In this document: piece by piece, positions 12,501 through 40,796 of the stretch
How positions within the stretch are numbered: the stretch's first letter is position 1
Layout of the letters: every line of letters begins with the position of its first letter
Assembly: GCA_002269645.1 (NCBI GenBank)
Contig: NIVC01001808.1
Location: 130,383-194,382 of the forward strand
Source: Macrostomum lignano
Taxonomy: Eukaryota
Direction: 5' to 3'
DNA: 64,000 bases
Made by a program: the position numbers and the translations under genes
The notes under the pieces: model-generated
Seen by the model: the letters and a program-made list of their open reading frames with translations, nothing else
Told to the model about the DNA's origin: nothing
Databases searched by the model: none

Positions 12501-15500
12501 TGGGGAACATTCAACCCGCCGTGGATAAGTGCCACTACCGCAATCAACTCGGTATCGGAGAATGCCGACGAAGGATTCGCAGTGTTCACCGCGGTTGCTA
12601 TTGACTACGACTCCGGGCCAGACGGTCAGGTGATCTACAGTCTGGCCTCAGTAACCGGTACGGACGGCACTACCAGCGTAGATCTCAGCTCCGTATTTAA
12701 TATCTCCAGCAGCTCTGGCCAGGTGCAGGTCAAGACTAAAGGCATCCTTGACCGAGAGGCGACGCCAGCCTACACCTACATCAACTTCGTTGTACAGGCG
12801 CGAGATAATCCCACCACTGGGACTCCAAACAGCATCATCCAGACTGTGCGGGTTGACGTTACGGACTTCAATGAGTTGGACCCAACGTTCACTGGCGATC
12901 CATTCTCTGCGACGCTTGTCGAAGGTAATTGGATAAATACAATGCAAAAAATTACTGTATGAAGACAAAAGTATTCATTTGTGCTTTTATTAAAAAATGA
13001 CTGAAATTTAATACCCGAAATTCAGATTCCGCCGCTGGAACTCTGGTGAAACAGATGGTTGTTTCGGATCCGGACAGCTCCAACACGATAATTACCTGCC
13101 AGATCACCAGTGGCAACGATCTAAGCCTGTTCCGCACAAACTCCGCCAACTCAACAATCATCGAACTGAACACAGCCATCGATCCGGACAGGCCGAAAAA
13201 TCATCCGCTTAGCTACCTGCTCATCGTCACGTGCTTGGATAATAATGGTGCTGGCAGTTACAGGACAGCAACAGCCAACCTCTCCGTAACCATCACTACA
13301 ACCAACGATCACACTCCAGTCGTATCGATACCGATTGGCAGTAGCATTACCTTGCCTGAAACCCAGGCTATCGGTGACGTTGCTGATATTAGCGTTGTTG
13401 ACCAAGACTACGGAACCGACGGCACAGTTGCGTGCTCGATAGCGCCTACTGGCACTTTTGGGTAAGTTTTGACAGGGAAAATTTTTTTGACTTCAATTTC
13501 CACCCATGAGGATCAACTCCGAAGGCAGAGTGTACATGTCTGACAAATAGAAAGTCAAGACCGCTGTACACCCTGTGGGAGCGTGTGTATAATTGCGTGC
13601 CTGAGTACAGTACACTTGTGCTCAGGAGTCAGCGGAATGTGCAGGATCGCATCACCGCTGGTCTTGGGGCGATTTAGCCAAAGATGTTATGTCAGAGTTT
13701 CCATATATATACACACATAGACGTATTGTATCACGCTTCGTATAATAAAAATAATTTAAAATTCATTAAACTATTGCAGGCTAACTGGCTGCACTAAGCT
13801 AACGCTCGTCTCAGGCTTGGACTATCCAACGGCCAGCTCCTACTCGCTAACTATCACGGCTGTCGATAGCGGGGCAACGCCGAGAACTGGCAGCGTCGTG
13901 GTGACAGTGACAGTGACCGACGTGAATCGCTACACGCCGTCCTGTTCGCCGGCGACTTACTCGGCTTCTGTATTGGAAACAGCAGCCAGCTTCCCAACGG
14001 CTCTGACGCCAGCCACAACCATCACCTGCACAGATGGGGATGGCAACGGGGTTTACTATCAGCTAGTAGACAGTTCTGTACCTTTCTCCGTAAACAACTT
14101 GACAGGTGTCCTGTCCCTCAACGGGCCAGTTGACTACGATAGCGCAGTACAAACGTATACGATACTTATTCGAGCGGTTGATCCGGCTGACTCATCCAAA
14201 TCGGGTCTGGCTACAGCAACTGTGGCTGTGACTGCCGCTAACGAGTTCACGCCGACGTTTCCTACGGCCACTGTCACGCTGTCGGTGTATGAGACCGTAG
14301 CCAGCTCCACGACGATAACGACATTCGCGGCGACCGATGCTGACTACTCACCGCATGCGATCACCAGCTACGCGATCGCATCAGGCAACACTGGCGGGAT
14401 GTTTGCAATCAGTAACGCTGGTGTCATCACGGTGGCTTCAGGCATGACGATCGATTACGAAGCTGTCTCCGGAAGTTCGCCCTATGTTTTGCAGATTGTG
14501 GCAACAGATGGTGGAGGCCTAACAGGTACAGGGACGATTAGTATCGTTATCCTGGACTCGAACGACCTGCCTCCAGTCTTTAGCCCAGCAAACTACTCCG
14601 CCAGTGTCCCCGAGGGCTCGGCTGCAGGTACCACCGTCACCACGGTAACCGCCACTGACGGCGACACGGCGCTGAACAATAACAACAAGATATTGTACTC
14701 CAAGCTAACTGGAGACTCGGCGGGCTATTTCAGTGTCAATTCTACCAATGGATTAATATTAACAACTGGTAATATACTGAACTACGACACCGTAACGCAA
14801 GTGGTCTTCACGGTGAGCATAACTATTTTTAATTTTTATAATTTCCGACGATACATTGTATTCATAAAGATTAGATGTTAAATTATAAACCATCAGACAT
14901 ACAGTTTATGTAGCTATTATACAAATAATCCAGTAGATTTATCTGAGGCCATATATTACTTATGTTAGAAACGATTCTACAGTAAGAATCGAGTTTAGGT
15001 ATTCTACAGAAAAGTGGTAAAAAAATCGAATTACAGGTCACAGCAGTGGATGGCAACGGTGCTGGACCACACACTGCCACAACTACAGTCACAGTCGCTG
15101 TTACGGATGTAAATTTACACGCACCAAGCTGCAGTCCAAGCACAGTCACGGTGAATAACATCCGTGAAGACGTTACAGTTGGTACTGCTCTCACCAGTCT
15201 GACTTCGCCGGTTGTGATTTGCACTGATGGCGATGCCAAAGACACCCTGACCTACACAATGAGTGCCAGTGCATCTGACAGCCACTTTGCAGTCAATCCG
15301 ACCAGCGGCGCAATCACTGTGTCCACTGCTCTGGACTTTGAAACCGCTAGAATCCATCAGTTTGAAGTAGTAGTCACTGACAGCGCTACTCCGGCCAAGT
15401 CGGTCAGTATGGCGGTGACCATCAATGTACTTGATGTTAACGAATTCAGCCCAACCTGCACAGTGCCAACAACCGCGTCCATGAATGAGGCTCAAGCAGT

Positions 15501-18500
15501 TGGTACCGCTGCCTACTCTGCAACTAGTTGCAGCGACTCAGACGGCACTGCAACAACGCTACAGTTCGCTCTAGTGCCCGGCACCCCGTTTCAAGTCAGC
15601 TCATCCGGAGCCGTCACTGCCAGCAGCGCACTGGATTATGATCCAGCCAGTGCCACCACCAGCTACTCAGTGCGTCTGATTGTGTCAGACAATGCACCCA
15701 CGATCAGCTCTCTCAGGTCCAGTACTTACACAACCGTTGTCTCGGTGACACCTGTTAATGAGTTTGCACCGGTGCTCACCTACACGGCTCTCACTGCTAG
15801 TCTAGCTGAGGATTCGGGAACAGGGACAGCACTAGCTTTGAAAACTATCGGTGGTACGAGCGTCTCAATGGCGGCAACTGACGCCGACCGAGGCCTGAAT
15901 CACGCCACCCTGACCTGGTCCATTGTTGGTGGAAATGACGCCGGTAAATTTTCGATCAATTCGGCTTCGGGAGCGCTACAAACAGCCGCGGCACTGGACA
16001 GAGAGACAGCCGCCAGCTACACGCTTCTGGTTAGCGTAACAGATGGAGGCGGCCTCTCTTCCACTGCTAACTGCACCGTGGCCGTCTCAGTGACTGACAT
16101 CAATGATAACACGCCAGTTTGCAATCCAGCTTCTCAGACCATCACCCTGTATGAGGGCGAAGCGGCCAAACAGCTGGTAGACTTCGGTGCATCGGGCAGA
16201 GTTACCGACGCTGACTCTGGAGTTAACGCGCAGCTGACCTTCAGTCTAAACAATGCGGGTAAGAAGAGCACTGTTTGATATTATTGCCATAATTATCCGC
16301 TATCATAATGAGTGAACTAACAAAAGAAACTCCACAATCTGATTTCAGCTGCTCTGAGCCCAGACTTCCAGCTTAGTGGCACTCGTCTCAGTAGCGTGCG
16401 CAGCTTCAGTTCGTCCGATACCCTATCAAACACGCTTTTAGTTGTAGCTACAGATGGTGGCAGCTCCGCTCGATCAGCCACTTGCTCTGTGACGGTTAAC
16501 ATAGCCGTCACAGCTAGGCCGCCTACATTTACAGTTGCAAACAGCGCTGTCACAGTGTCCGAGAGCTCTTCAGTGGGCACTCAGGTATTTCAATTTGTTC
16601 CCAACTTGGGCACTGGTGGAACAGGACCGCTTACAATGTCACTTGTCGACTTCTCTCCATCTGCGAATTCGAATCTGTTTGCGTTCGATGCCTCAACTGG
16701 CCGAGTTTCAGTAAACCAGGCGTTGGACTATGACTCAAGCTCAACAAGGGTCCCTTTGTCCTGATGGTAAAAGTAACCGACGCCACACCTCTAACTGCGT
16801 CGGGCACTCTGACCATCAGCCTGACTGACGTCAACGACAATGATCCACAGTTTGGATCTACTGTGGAGTTCACAAAAACTATAGACGAAAATGTTGGTTC
16901 CGCCTTTTTGACCCAAACCATCACCTGGACTGATGCTGATTCCGGCTTAAGCGGAATTGCAAACTGCTCGATTGTGGGGCAGTCCACGCCGGCGATTTTC
17001 ACCATCGACGCGACCAACTGTCAGCTGAAGACGACTGCCAATCCCGACCGAGAGAACTGCAGCCTGCACAATATCACTATCGCGCTTACCGACATGGGTA
17101 CCCCGCAGCGCACAACTCAAAGAAGCTTTTTCATCACGATTGCTGATCAAAACGACAACACTCCAGCTTTTGCTTCGGCCTCTTTTGCCGCCTCTGTAGC
17201 GGAGGAGTCAGCGCCGTCTACCACTGTTGGCACCTATGCTGCAACCGATGCAGACGCCGGTGTAAACGCCCAGCTAACGTACTCCCTCACGTCTCAGGAC
17301 GGCATTTCGGACGCGTCTAAGTTTACAGTATCTAGTGCCGGGGCTGTGACAACGGCGGCCACGCTCGACCGCGAACAGTTCGGCGTCTATCGCCTGTTGC
17401 TGCTTGCAAAAGATGGCGGGTCGCCACCACGCACGGGTACCACAACCCTTGTAATCACCGTTAATGATATCAACGAACACACGCCGTTGGTAAGACTTTT
17501 AAGTAGTACTCGTATATTTAAAAAATAACTGAATCTTTCGTTTGATCCAAATTAATTTTAAATGTATTGGACTGCTTAAAAAACAAATTTACTTACAACT
17601 CTTTCTATTGCAGTTCTCAGGCCTACCCGACACGGTGAAACTGGTGGAGAACTCCACGGCGGGCACGCTAGTGTACACCATCGCCGCTACTGACCGAGAC
17701 TCAACCTATGGCGCACTCACGTACAGCATCATTGACGGCAATAATAGCACCGCGTTCGCTATCGATGCCAGCACTGGCCAAGTGACCGTGGCCTCGCCTG
17801 TAACTCTCAATCGGGAGGCCATACCAGTTTACCAGCTTGTGGTGCAGGTTCAGGACAACGGTTCGCCAGCTAAATCGGCCACGTCAACTCTCACCGTGTC
17901 CGTGATGGATGTCAACGAGTTTGCACCTAGTTTTGCGTCCCCGACTGTTAGTTTCTCGGTAAGACGATTTATTGCCTTCATTCCTGTGTAGTACACATGT
18001 CTCTAAAAGACTCAACTTGACTATTTTGTTTTTCCTATCGTTCAGATTGCCGAAAACTCCCCGGTGGGCAGCACTCTAGGAACTGTAACTGCCACAGACA
18101 GTGACGGCCCGAGCCAGACAGTAAGCTATGCTGTTGCTGCCACTTTAGTGGGCACGGCCGGCCACTTTAGCGTCAACAGCGTCACTGGAGTGGTATACGT
18201 CAATCAGGCGGCTCTCGACCGAGAGACTCTGGCAACCTACGTGCTGCAAATTGCCGCCTACGACAATGGAGTTCCTTCTCTGACGTCTTCTCCGCTGTTG
18301 AATGTAACCATCTCTATCACGGACACCAACGACAACGATCCCGTCTTCAGTGCAGCCTACTACAACGCCTCAGTTAGTGAGAGTCTAGCTATTGGCTCGG
18401 TGGTGCTGACCGTGTCAGCGACGGATCAAGACGCCGGCAGCAACGCTGCGTTGACCTACTCGCTGCATTCGTCAGCAACGACAGCGAGTACATTTTTCTC

Positions 18501-19894
18501 GATCAATTCTGCCACAGGACAGCTAAGCACTATTGCAGCTCTGGACTACGAGACTAACACGGACTTTCTGTAAGCCAGTGCACATCTTTGTTACTCTACT
18601 TTGTTTTGAGTTAATTCCAATACATAATCCAACAGTACCATGCACTAAAAACCGTAACAACCGAATTGAATCACGCAGCTTCACCGTCATGGTCAAAGAC
18701 GCTGGAACGTCGCCTCAGCGCAGCTCCACAGCCAGCGTCTGGGTGTCTCTGAACAACGTGAACGAGCACCGGCCAGTGTTTGCCTCGACATTCTACAACT
18801 GCGAGGTGCCGTACAACGACGATACGCGAGCGATTCTGGCGACGCTGACCGCCACAGACGCCGACGCGGGGACTTTCGGTACGATAACGTCGTACAGTTG
18901 GAATAGTACAAACATCTACTTGTATCTGGGCGCAACTAGCGGTCAAGTGATTCGAAACTCCGATCAAGTCATGGAGCGCAACAAAAAGTACATCCAGTAC
19001 GCGATGGCCACCGACGGCGGAGGCCTAGTGTCCACGCAAAATGCCACAGTTCGCTGCGACTCCTTCCCGCCTGAGGACTACGTGGTGCTAATCTACACAG
19101 AGTTGTCAGAGAGCAGCTTCAACATGATGCTGACCAGCCTCACCGCCAGTCTGAACTCCACGCTGCAGGATGTCCACCCGGGCAGCTCAGTGAGGTTCTG
19201 GAAAAAGCAGAAGTCTGGAATCTACTGGGTTGGCTACTTCTATGCTCTAAGCAGCCTTAGCACTGATAGCATCTCCAATATTGGCCAGGACAAAGAATTC
19301 CTGACCCAGTCTCAACTGTTGGACAAGTGGCGACTTAAGTCAGACGGGACACCTACCAGCGTCCTCACGAGCAGCAGCTTCAGCAACTACCGGGTCAACA
19401 AAGTGGAGCCGTATCCAGACTCCGACAGTGACGCGTCAACAAACTGGTTGGATACGTGGTGGGGCAAACTCTGCCTGGCTCTGGGGGCCGCCGCCGGCGT
19501 TGCTTTGATTGGCGCCCTTGTCTACGGCTTGGTTAACGCATGCGGCGGCGCCGGGGCTGGCGCGTCTGCCGCTGCGCCGACGGCTGCAGCAGCCGGCCAG
19601 ACCACGGTAGCTCCGGCGGCTGGAGTCGGCGGCGGCAAAGCGACCAGTCAGCTGGCCCGGCAGCCCATGAACCAGCGGCACCTCCTGCCCAATTCGCAGC
19701 AGCAGCCGAAGCCGCCGCAACGATTCCAAGACACGCCGAGGCCGGACTTTAACGACAAGCAACAACAACAGCAGCAGCAGCAGCAGAAGCAGAACAACTC
19801 CAATAACAGGCAGAATCAGAACCAATCCAGGCAGAGTAACAACGATTCTGGCCGGGGCAGCGCCGCATCCGACGTTGTGATCTTTGAGCTTTGA
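6574..19894 (+). CDS. Large non-classical cadherin (~3,043 aa, ~25 EC repeats, membrane-proximal module, TM, Q/N-rich tail). 14 exons: 6574-6622, 7267-7653, 7730-8440, 8980-9693, 11399-11843, 11934-12259, 12343-12924, 13026-13461, 13780-14812, 15037-16258, 16349-17489, 17614-17958, 18046-18569, 18679-19894
   Basis: Signal peptide MIRILLLVAMQATLFPG; repeated DRE/DYE, DxD and DxNDN/DxNE-xP motifs; TM LCLALGAAAGVALIGALVYGLV. All introns are GT-AG and phase-consistent. The exons sum to 9131 nt, one short of a multiple of 3, which matches a frameshift near 16750. Confidence 0.92.
9750..11025 (+). repeat. 19-bp minisatellite (GTAGCCTAGTGAAGGGGTT), ~65 units, in cadherin intron 4
   Basis: Direct reading; runs directly into a SINE head. 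Confidence 0.96.
11026..11312 (+). mobile_element. tRNA-derived SINE, copy 1
   Basis: A-box-like TAGCCTTGTGG, B-box GGTTCGATTCC (11077-11087), central GTGTCCTTGAGCAAGACACTT...CAGCTGTAAAATGGGTGCC domain. Highly similar copy at 21000-21275. Confidence 0.85.
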
Positions 19895-20999
19895 ACTGCT
19901 GCCGCCAGGACTGACGAGGACACTCATAGAGCCCATAAAACTTGAGACTGCCACCTTGCTGTAGCAGCTGTAGCATCCATGGATAATAAAAACCTAGATT
20001 GGCCACCAATTGACAAAAAATTCCCATAACTATGGTTGAGGAAATAGCTGTAATCACAAGAGTATTTTATCTGAGACTCTCTGCAAGAAAATATTCACGA
20101 TATTCAAAATGCACTACCAACATGAAAATTGCGCATTAAACTTATCAAATGGTCAATATAGGCTTTCTATTATCTATTATCAGTTGAAATGTTATAAAAA
20201 GAGCTTCACCTCTTCATTGTTCGTCATTTTAAAGATATTATATACTGAAATTTTTGTTAAATTTATTCCAAGGATATACGTATTCAAGTGAGCACACTTT
20301 ACCCCCGATAATTATAGCGCCTTAAATGCCCGGTCCAAAAACCCTTCAACTGACTTATTTTTTGGTAGTTTAGCGGACAGAAGAAGCCTTATTTGTTGAT
20401 TGTTATATTTATTAAGTAGTATGAAATGTGTACATATTAATCGCTTTCTATTTCGAGTTTGTTTCACTCATTTCGCTCGCATTTTCAATAGATTTCTGTT
20501 TCTATTTTTAAACTAACGCGATTTTAGTTCGCTCGAATTAAATCAATTATTTCTCTTAAAAAATTCTATTTACGGAATTTTACAGTAATAAAAAGCCAAT
20601 TAATTTCTACTTTTGTACCGATCGCACTCATAATTATTGCTAGGATTTTGTTTTATTTCATAATTTACACTTCCTAAAAAGCTGCCAAAATGTTAGGTCA
20701 AAAGTTAGGCACGCAAGAAAGCAGTTTCATGGACGGTAAAATGTAATCAATGCAATTTACAGATGGCTGTTGGAATATTCGAGCACTTGTTAATACAAGT
20801 ATTGAGCTAAAAATTAAAATCACTTGGACAATGCGTAGCTAAAATCAAATTTACAATTTGATAGAAAAGTTGTGGCAGTGCAAATGCACTTTGACACAGG
20901 ACAGAAAATGTAAAATTTCAGGTCCGGGGCTCGAGCCCCAGCGATTTCATTTGCCTTCCCCTAGTCTGAAGCTAATTACTAGCTGGTTAATAATAATTG

Positions 21000-21275
21000 A
21001 CTACACTTGCTCTAATGAGCAGATATGCTACCGACAGCTCAGCCGCAGCTATTGCGCGGCGCATCTGAAGGCTGCGTACGGCTGTTCAGTCCAAGCACAC
21101 ACACCCTCAATTACCCCAACTAATCCTGGCACCCATTTTACAGCTCGGTGAACTGAAGCAATGCAGAGTTAAAGTGTCTTGCTCAAGGACACAAATTGTT
21201 CCGAATGGGTTTAGAATCGAACCCCCGACCTTTCAGTCGTGAGTCCGACGCTCTGACCACTAGGCTACAACCCCC
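21000..21275 (-). mobile_element. tRNA-derived SINE, copy 2 (full length)
   Basis: The reverse complement starts GGGGGTTGTAGCCTAGTGGTCAGAGCG...GGTTCGATTC and shares its body with copy 1. Confidence 0.85.
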
Positions 21276-21571
21276 TTAGAGCTTAGATTGGAACTTTTCA
21301 GGCTTTTCAAACACTAAATTACAAAGTACGAGCCGTCCAAGCTGTGTTTCGAATGAACATGGTAACCAGTGATATTATTGTGTTATTATTCGATTCGCAT
21401 TGCTTGAGTGGACTTTTACGAGCTTCGTAGCACAGACACACACTTGAAGTTATACTTAATTATTGCAAAGCAACTTTTTTAAACACAATACAATAAAACA
21501 CTCGCTAAATATTCTGCACTTGCTACTCCTCAGTAGGCAATCTCGTGAATTTAAAAAACGAACTTTAAGTC

Positions 21572-23710
21572 CTAGATCTTGCCAACGTCGGCAGCCTTCG
21601 CTGCGGGCGCCGCCTCACGCAGCCACCAGTCGGTGCCGGGCGGCGGAAAAGTCGGATCGGCTGCGCGAACAAAATCGGCCACGGCTGCTAGCAGGGCCCG
21701 CGGCCTGCGGTAGAACATGCAGTTCAGGGCGCAGCCAGACGGATCACAGCCGGTGAAGGCGTCCACAGCTGATGGATTGCAGGGGCAGAGAGGGGGCACG
21801 GTGAGGCCAAGATGCTGGCAGCGGCTGAGCAGCCACTGCCACTTCTGCGAGTCCCTGACGCTTGTGCAGTCCCGACTGTTAGTCTTGTCGGCGGCTGTGG
21901 TGATATCGTCCAGCGACGAGCCGGAAGATGTCGAAGAAGCATTGGACGCCTGCGCGGCCGGTGAAGGCTTTCGATGCCGCCTGGCGGAGGCTCCGTTGGA
22001 CGATTTCTGTAGCGGGGTTTGGTGTAGAGCGCTTGCACTGATATAGCCAGTGACCCTAATGATGCACTTTACCAGCCAGTTATAGCTGCGGGCACTCTGG
22101 CACAACACCTTCAGCAACACCGAAGACGGCTTAAGTAGGTCGGGAAATCTGGGTTTCTAAGAAAGATTAGCATCACACGAAAAATACACTAACGAGATTT
22201 GGGTGATTTTTTAAGTAGTTCAATAATTTCTATCTGAACATCAACTAGAATTATGAGAATTTCAATAAATTATTGCGTTTTCCGGTAAAACCGGTAAGCC
22301 ATGATAAAACAAAAGTTTACTTTTTGAGTATAGGCAACCATTTCTAAGAAAAAATCGGAGCCAGAAAAAGCTGACTGACCTGCAGGCTCTGCAGGAAAAG
22401 CAGTTGGTTTTTCGGTCGATCCGCATCTCCGTTCGTCGGTTCCTCCTCAGGCTGGTCAGCCGCGATGCCGTTCGGACAGTCCCGACCCGTGGTTGCCAGG
22501 GTGAGCACAGTGTGAGTCAGCTCAGTCACGCTGGCTATGGTCTCGTCTCCTCCTTCGTCTCCGTTGACTCTGCCGCCGTCGCCATCGCACTCCGGGTCCG
22601 AGGCGGTGGCGTTCGCCGGAACTGCGCAGTCCGCGGCCAGCCGGGCCGCCGCCATCGCCTCGCCCTCCGCTTTGACCCGGCGCGCCCTGGCGCTGGCCTC
22701 TCGACGACGGCGCCAACGACGCGCCGATTCGCGCTCAGACAGCGCCGACAGGGAGCGCTGGGCGGCGCGCTGGCGTCTCGCTGATTCGGCCGCGGCTGCC
22801 GCGTTGGCGGCGTCGAATTTTGCGGCGGCAACGACGGCCGACGTTGCCAGCGTGGCGGAGCCGCGCCGACCGCCTCCGCTGCCGCCCCTGCCATCGAAAG
22901 TCGAGGAGGCGGCGGAGACGGCCAGATGGTCTTGGCCAAGTTGCTGCTGTTGTGGGCTGCTGAAACAATGATTGACATCGACGAAGCTGTTTAACGGACC
23001 TGCCAACGGGCGCCGCAGCGAAGGCTCCGGCTGACGCCTGCCGACCAAGGCGCGTCGAGCAGCGAGGGTCTCCCGGTGGCAGCACTGGCGGAGCGTCTCC
23101 CAGTCTACAGGAGGAGGCTGCTGCGACCTCGGCGAAGCTGCTGACGATCCCGATGCTGATGCTGCCCGTCTAGCGGAGGCGGCGGCAGCGGAGCCGGCAT
23201 TGGCGGCTGCCTGCAGTCGGGCAAGTCGTCGATAGGCGCGAACTCGGGCCGCTTCGCGAGCCTGTGGTGAGCGCAGGTTTTTTTTATAAACTATAAATCA
23301 CAAAGAGCTCTTTAGTTATTAAGAGAGAAGTAAAAAAATCGATCGATCGAGACAATGACAAAATGTACACATAAAAGACCCGATGTCAACAAGGAGGCCC
23401 CCCGAGCAGGCACCGCAGACAGAGGGTGTACAGCGGCCCTGATACAAGCGTAACTGTAAATTCTCACTTGAAACTCCTGCAGCTGCCTCGCCTTCGCATC
23501 CGCCAGCCGCCGCATCCGGGCTGTCTCCAGCTCGGCCGCCTCGCACGCATCCGCTGGCGCTGGAAACTCTTCCTCATCTACAGTTGCCATGGAAACTACA
23601 GAAAAAACGCCGTCTTCTTCGCTAAAACCGTCAGCAGAAGGATCGGATGGGCTGCCCCATGATCCAGGCCAGTTCAAGGCTGTGTCATCGAATTCGAATT
23701 CGGCAATCAT
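21572..23710 (-). CDS. CCDC15: CCDC15-like centriolar coiled-coil protein. Exons ~23710(or 23590)-23468, 23261-22380, and a last exon ending at 21572 (acceptor uncertain)
   Basis: The C-terminal CQHLGLTVPPLCPCNPSAVDAFTGCDPSGCALNCMFYRRPRALLAAVADFV parallels the recalled CCDC15 motif ITLPPLCCCG...DTCANNCIFYKNHRAYTRALHSFI. N-terminal ARQLQEFQ|AREAARVRAYRR and ETLAARRAL are also similar. Phase-0 GT-AG joins. Confidence 0.7.
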
Positions 23711-23750
23711 TGCTGCAATTGGCAGTCCACAATTTAGTCTAGTTGATAAG

Positions 23751-24513
23751 TTAATCAAAATTTGCTCTGGTATGAAACTTGGAAAATTTAAAGTTGCCAG
23801 TCTAATTTTATTATGGTGATAGATAGCGACTGAATTTTGTAGAATAAAATATAGAGCTATAATATAAGTATAGCTTAGATTTAGATTAATAAAAATAATA
23901 CTAATATAATCATGACTATAATAATGAAAAGAATGTCTTTAAGTAATGACAAATAATATTATAAACTATATTACCAATATCAATTTATCAGCTTTTTAAC
24001 TATTTAAAAACTTTTATCATGTCAGGATAGTTGCTATTGTGAATAATTATATTATTGGAAACTCAAGGTTTTCTAAAACTTAGTTGCTTTCTAAAAATCT
24101 TAGTTTATTGTAGGATAATGAATAGGTCTATCCCAATAATAATAGTTAGGCCATTAATATATAAAAATTTTAATATTTTATAATAGATTATTACAAAAAA
24201 TGATAATTTGATAACTAGGCCTATAAAGCTATAGTATAAGTAATTTTGTTTATACTTGCATTAGAAGTAGGGATTGAGACTAGAGGCTAATTATAAACTT
24301 TGATTAACTCTAGAAGAATACTGAATAGGCCAAAGTCAACACTTGATAGCCATGCCCAGCTAATACTTTATAATGCTATTCACTTTAATTAAAATGCAAT
24401 TAATCAAAATTTGCTCTGGTATGAAACTTGGAAAATTTAAAGTCGCAAGTCTAATTTTATTATGGTGATAGATAGCGACTGAATTTTGTAGAATAAAATA
24501 TAGAGCTATAATA
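23751..24513 (+). repeat. ~117-bp direct repeat pair (23751-23867, 24401-24513) in AT-rich DNA
   Basis: TTAATCAAAATTTGCTCTGGTATGAAACTTGG...GAGCTATAATATA occurs twice, ~650 bp apart. Confidence 0.85.
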
Positions 24514-25948
24514 TAGCATTTTAAACCATTTAGTGAGCTCAGCGGACTATTGACTGCTATGGACTAACTTCTTTTAACTTATTGAGTTGATATTTTAACT
24601 CAAAATAATTTAACGCGGGAAACTAGGATTATATTAGCTGTAATAAAAAGTTAGAGAAATTAATGCAGCATCTTAATCTAAGTAAATTTATTATAGACTA
24701 TTATACATTGACACTTACAGGACTTGTGAAATTTGTGAAATTGAGGCTAAATACTTTCTATGTTCCCGTTCGCACAACTTGGACTTGATGGCATGCATGC
24801 AAGGCTCTGTAGTAAAAAATGCGGCGCTTTAATAAAAGTTAAATTTTAGGGGCCTTTTTTACAAGCAACTATGTACATACAAAGCCAAGAAATTATTTCT
24901 AAAATATAACTCAAATTATAGAGTTAGCTAACAAATTTACTTGTTATACCGAACATCTGAAGCACTTCAAGCTTTCATTTGTTAAAATGGGAGATTTGTT
25001 TCTTCAAAATGACGCAATTCAAAGGCCTTATAAGGACCGAGTTTTTACCAAGCTAATTAAGCAAGCTTAGGGTAGAGAAAGTCCTTGAGTTTTTTCTAAT
25101 TAAGACAATAAAATTCTTAACATTTTGAGCGAAATAAATTTCATACAAAATGCAGCTTTTCTTACAATCAGAAATTGGAATCAGAAAATCAAAGTACCAA
25201 TTTCTATGTAGACTTTTAAAACTCAATTTATGTACATATACATGTATTCGCCCACTGCATCTGTCACTATCAGGGGTTAAATTCATTGTTTGAAGCAGTG
25301 TTCCCTGAGATAAATCTATAGGATTCTTCATACATTTAAAAAAGCTAACACTCATGCTTCTTCGTACGAGTAATTTAAGGAGTAATTTAATTGTAAAATT
25401 TTACAAATATGTTGTAACCCCTTGAAAATGATTTTGCAACATTTTCACAGATTAGTGCAGTTAAAGAATAACAAACAAACAAGCTATCACTGCTTTATTT
25501 CACAGCTGCTAGGTAGCAACTACCAAAAGCTAATCTGACAGGTCTTTTGTCAGAACAAAATGCTTTAGTTATTTACTTTTATTATATAACCACCGGCTTA
25601 TATAAAAACAGCAAAGATTATTACCAGAGTGAATTTCTTATTAACTAACAATGACTATGACACAAAATTGGAGTAGAGAGTTATTTAGGTATTGAATGCT
25701 GAAACATCCGATGCCAGAATGTTGCTATCAAACTTATTTAAGTTAATCAGTCGCTAAGCCTACGGTTGATAATGCAAACAAACTTGAAGAAAAGAATTAC
25801 ATAATAGTCGTAAGAAGATTGACGCACTGTTTATTGATAAGAATTGCAAGCCAACAGTTTTAATAATTCAATCGTAAAACGAAAAAAATGTCAGTAGCAC
25901 AACACTAAACAGTCGTTCCACAAGCAAAATGTTGCAGAAAAAAGTCAA

Positions 25949-40796
<14,848 letters not shown>

